Source of the DNA: Alphaproteobacteria bacterium
Lineage (GTDB): Bacteria; Pseudomonadota; Alphaproteobacteria; UBA828
Direction of reading: 5' to 3'
Length of the DNA: 64,000 bases
NCBI GenBank assembly: GCA_965220745.1
Contig: CBDCQT010000012.1
Location: forward strand, 416,001 to 480,000
Below, one piece after another: positions 59,553 to 64,000 of the stretch. The notes under the pieces are model-generated. The model worked only from the letters and a program-made list of their open reading frames with translations, ran no database searches and had not been told where the DNA came from. Positions within the stretch are counted from its first letter, which is position 1. Every line of letters starts with the position of its first letter. Made by a program: the position numbers and the translations under genes.

Positions 59553-61205
59553 ATGGCTGATTGGTACCCGAAGGAGCGGCTGGGCGATCTGCCGGCGGTG
59601 GCGGCCCGGCGCTGGGACGCACGCGAGGCGCTGGTCTGCGACGGCAAGCGCTGGACCTATCAAGACTACGACCGGGAGGTGGACCGCGTCGCCAAGGGGC
59701 TGATGGCGCTCGGAGTCGAGACGGGCGAGCACGTCGCGCTCTGGATGAACAACCGGCCGGAATGGCTCTTTCTCACCTTCGCCATCGCCAAGATCGGTGC
59801 CGTGCTGGTGCCGCTCAACACCCGCTACCGCACCGACGATGTGGCCTACACGGTGCGGCAATCCGACAGCGACACCTGGATCAGCGTCGACCGCTCCGGC
59901 CCGGTCGACTACGCGGCGATGCTGGCCGAGGTGCTGCCGGGGCTGGCGGCGCAGGACCCGCGCGAGGTGGCCATCGAGGACTTCCCGCAGCTCCGCCGTG
60001 TGGTCATCGTCGGCCAGAGCGACATGCCCGGCACGGTGGGCTGGGAGGCGATGCTCGCCGGCGGCGAGGCGGTGAGCGACGCCATGCTCGCCGCCCGTGC
60101 CCAGGCGGTCGATCCCGACGAGCCGGTGATGATCGGCTACACCTCCGGCACCACCGGGCATCCCAAAGGCGTGCTCCACACCCACCTAATGATCCGCAAC
60201 ATGCGCGAGCGAGCCAACCGCATCGGCCTCACCTTCGAGGACGTGATCGTCAACCCGCTGCCGCTCTTCCACATGTACGGCTTCAGCGAGGCCGGGCTGA
60301 TGGCCGTGATCGCGGGCTGCAAGCACGTGCTGCTGGACCGCTTCGACGCCGACGAGTGCATGCGGCTGGTGGAGGCCGAGGGGGCCACAATCACCCACGG
60401 CTTCGATACCCACTACAAGGAATATCTCGATTCCCTGGAGCGAACGCCGCGGGACATCTCCAGCCTGCGCTTCGGCACCTTCCCTTCCGGCATGACCAGC
60501 TCGGCCCGCATCGCGCGGCGGGTGCAGACCGAGATGCTGCCCACCTTCACCGGCTGGGGCATGACCGAGACCTTCACCTTTGCCACCATGTCGTTCGGCA
60601 ACTCGACGCCGGAGCAGCGCTCGGACGCCTCGGGCTTCCCCGCTCCGGGCTTCGAGATCAAGGTCGTGGACCCGGAGACCGGACAGGAGATCGCGGTGGG
60701 CGAGGAAGGCGAGCTGCTGATTCGCGGCTACATGATCACCCAGGGCTACTACAGGAAGCCCGAGGAGACCGCCGAGGCCATCGACGGCGACGGCTGGCTG
60801 CACACCGGCGACACCGTGGTGCTCCGCGCCGACGGGCACATCCGCTTCGTGGGCCGCTTCAAGGACCAGCTCAGGGTCGGCGGAGAGAACGTGTCGCCGG
60901 CGGAGGTCGAGGCCTTCCTCATGGCGCACGAGGCGATCGATCAGGTGGCTGTGGTGGGCTATCCCGATGCGCGGCTCAACGAGGTCGTTGTCGCGTTCGT
61001 CGTCGCCGCGCCGGGCATGACCGTCACCAGCGAGGAAATCGCCGCCTACTGCAAGGGCCGCATCGCGAGCTTCAAGAGCCCGCGTCACGTGTTGAGCGTC
61101 GATGCGTTCCCCATGACCGCGAGCGGCAAGGTGCAGAAGCACAAGCTGCGTGCTCTTGCTCTGGAACGGCTGGGCGACCCGACGGCCGATCAGGCAGCCG
61201 AATAG
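59553..61205 (+). CDS. AMP-forming acyl-CoA ligase
   Basis: YTSGTTGHPKG, GWGMTE, GWLHTGD, GGENVSPAEVE, TASGKVQK. Confidence 0.92.
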   Translation: MADWYPKERLGDLPAVAARRWDAREALVCDGKRWTYQDYDREVDRVAKGLMALGVETGEHVALWMNNRPEWLFLTFAIAKIGAVLVPLNTRYRTDDVAYTVRQSDSDTWISVDRSGPVDYAAMLAEVLPGLAAQDPREVAIEDFPQLRRVVIVGQSDMPGTVGWEAMLAGGEAVSDAMLAARAQAVDPDEPVMIGYTSGTTGHPKGVLHTHLMIRNMRERANRIGLTFEDVIVNPLPLFHMYGFSEAGLMAVIAGCKHVLLDRFDADECMRLVEAEGATITHGFDTHYKEYLDSLERTPRDISSLRFGTFPSGMTSSARIARRVQTEMLPTFTGWGMTETFTFATMSFGNSTPEQRSDASGFPAPGFEIKVVDPETGQEIAVGEEGELLIRGYMITQGYYRKPEETAEAIDGDGWLHTGDTVVLRADGHIRFVGRFKDQLRVGGENVSPAEVEAFLMAHEAIDQVAVVGYPDARLNEVVVAFVVAAPGMTVTSEEIAAYCKGRIASFKSPRHVLSVDAFPMTASGKVQKHKLRALALERLGDPTADQAAE

Positions 61206-61223
61206 CCGGCGGCAACCGGGCGC

Positions 61224-63920
<2,697 letters not shown>

Positions 63921-64000
63921 CGGGTTGCTCCTTCTTCCGGCGCGACACGCAGGGCGGCTTCTTGCCGCGTGCGCGCGCCGCCGATAGGCTGGCATCCCCC

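Overview
GC-rich bacterial chromosome segment, probably alphaproteobacterial (inferred from NDUFA12, tyrS/anmK, cysE-iscR-iscS-fdx, mnmA, rnd and acnA). Core genes occupy ~1-10.3 kb and ~52.2-64 kb. Between them lies a ~41.6 kb island bounded by a ~350 bp imperfect direct repeat made of the mnmA upstream region, its promoter and the first ~30 codons. The left copy (10291-10642) is truncated, and the right copy (51920-52277) runs into intact mnmA next to two tandem tyrosine integrases. Inside the island, two inverted copies of a ~94 bp TGTTGTTCGGC-ended miniature element (10642-10735 and 46708-46802) bracket 36 kb of apparently intact catabolic cargo: (i) a sulfonate cluster (tauABC-like, xsc, pta, SauS-like dehydrogenase, SucCD-like ligase, citrate synthase); (ii) GST plus a CoA-transferase; (iii) an orphan ABC / FAD-oxidoreductase / CoA-transferase / crotonase / LysR operon; (iv) a Pot-type ABC system with DUF917, hydantoinase, racemase and a MalT-like regulator. 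The modules are separated by decayed IS1380, IS21, IS630 and IS481 pieces and a 5' group II intron fragment. No tRNA, rRNA or CRISPR array was recognised. All assignments come from reading motifs by eye; no database searches were run.
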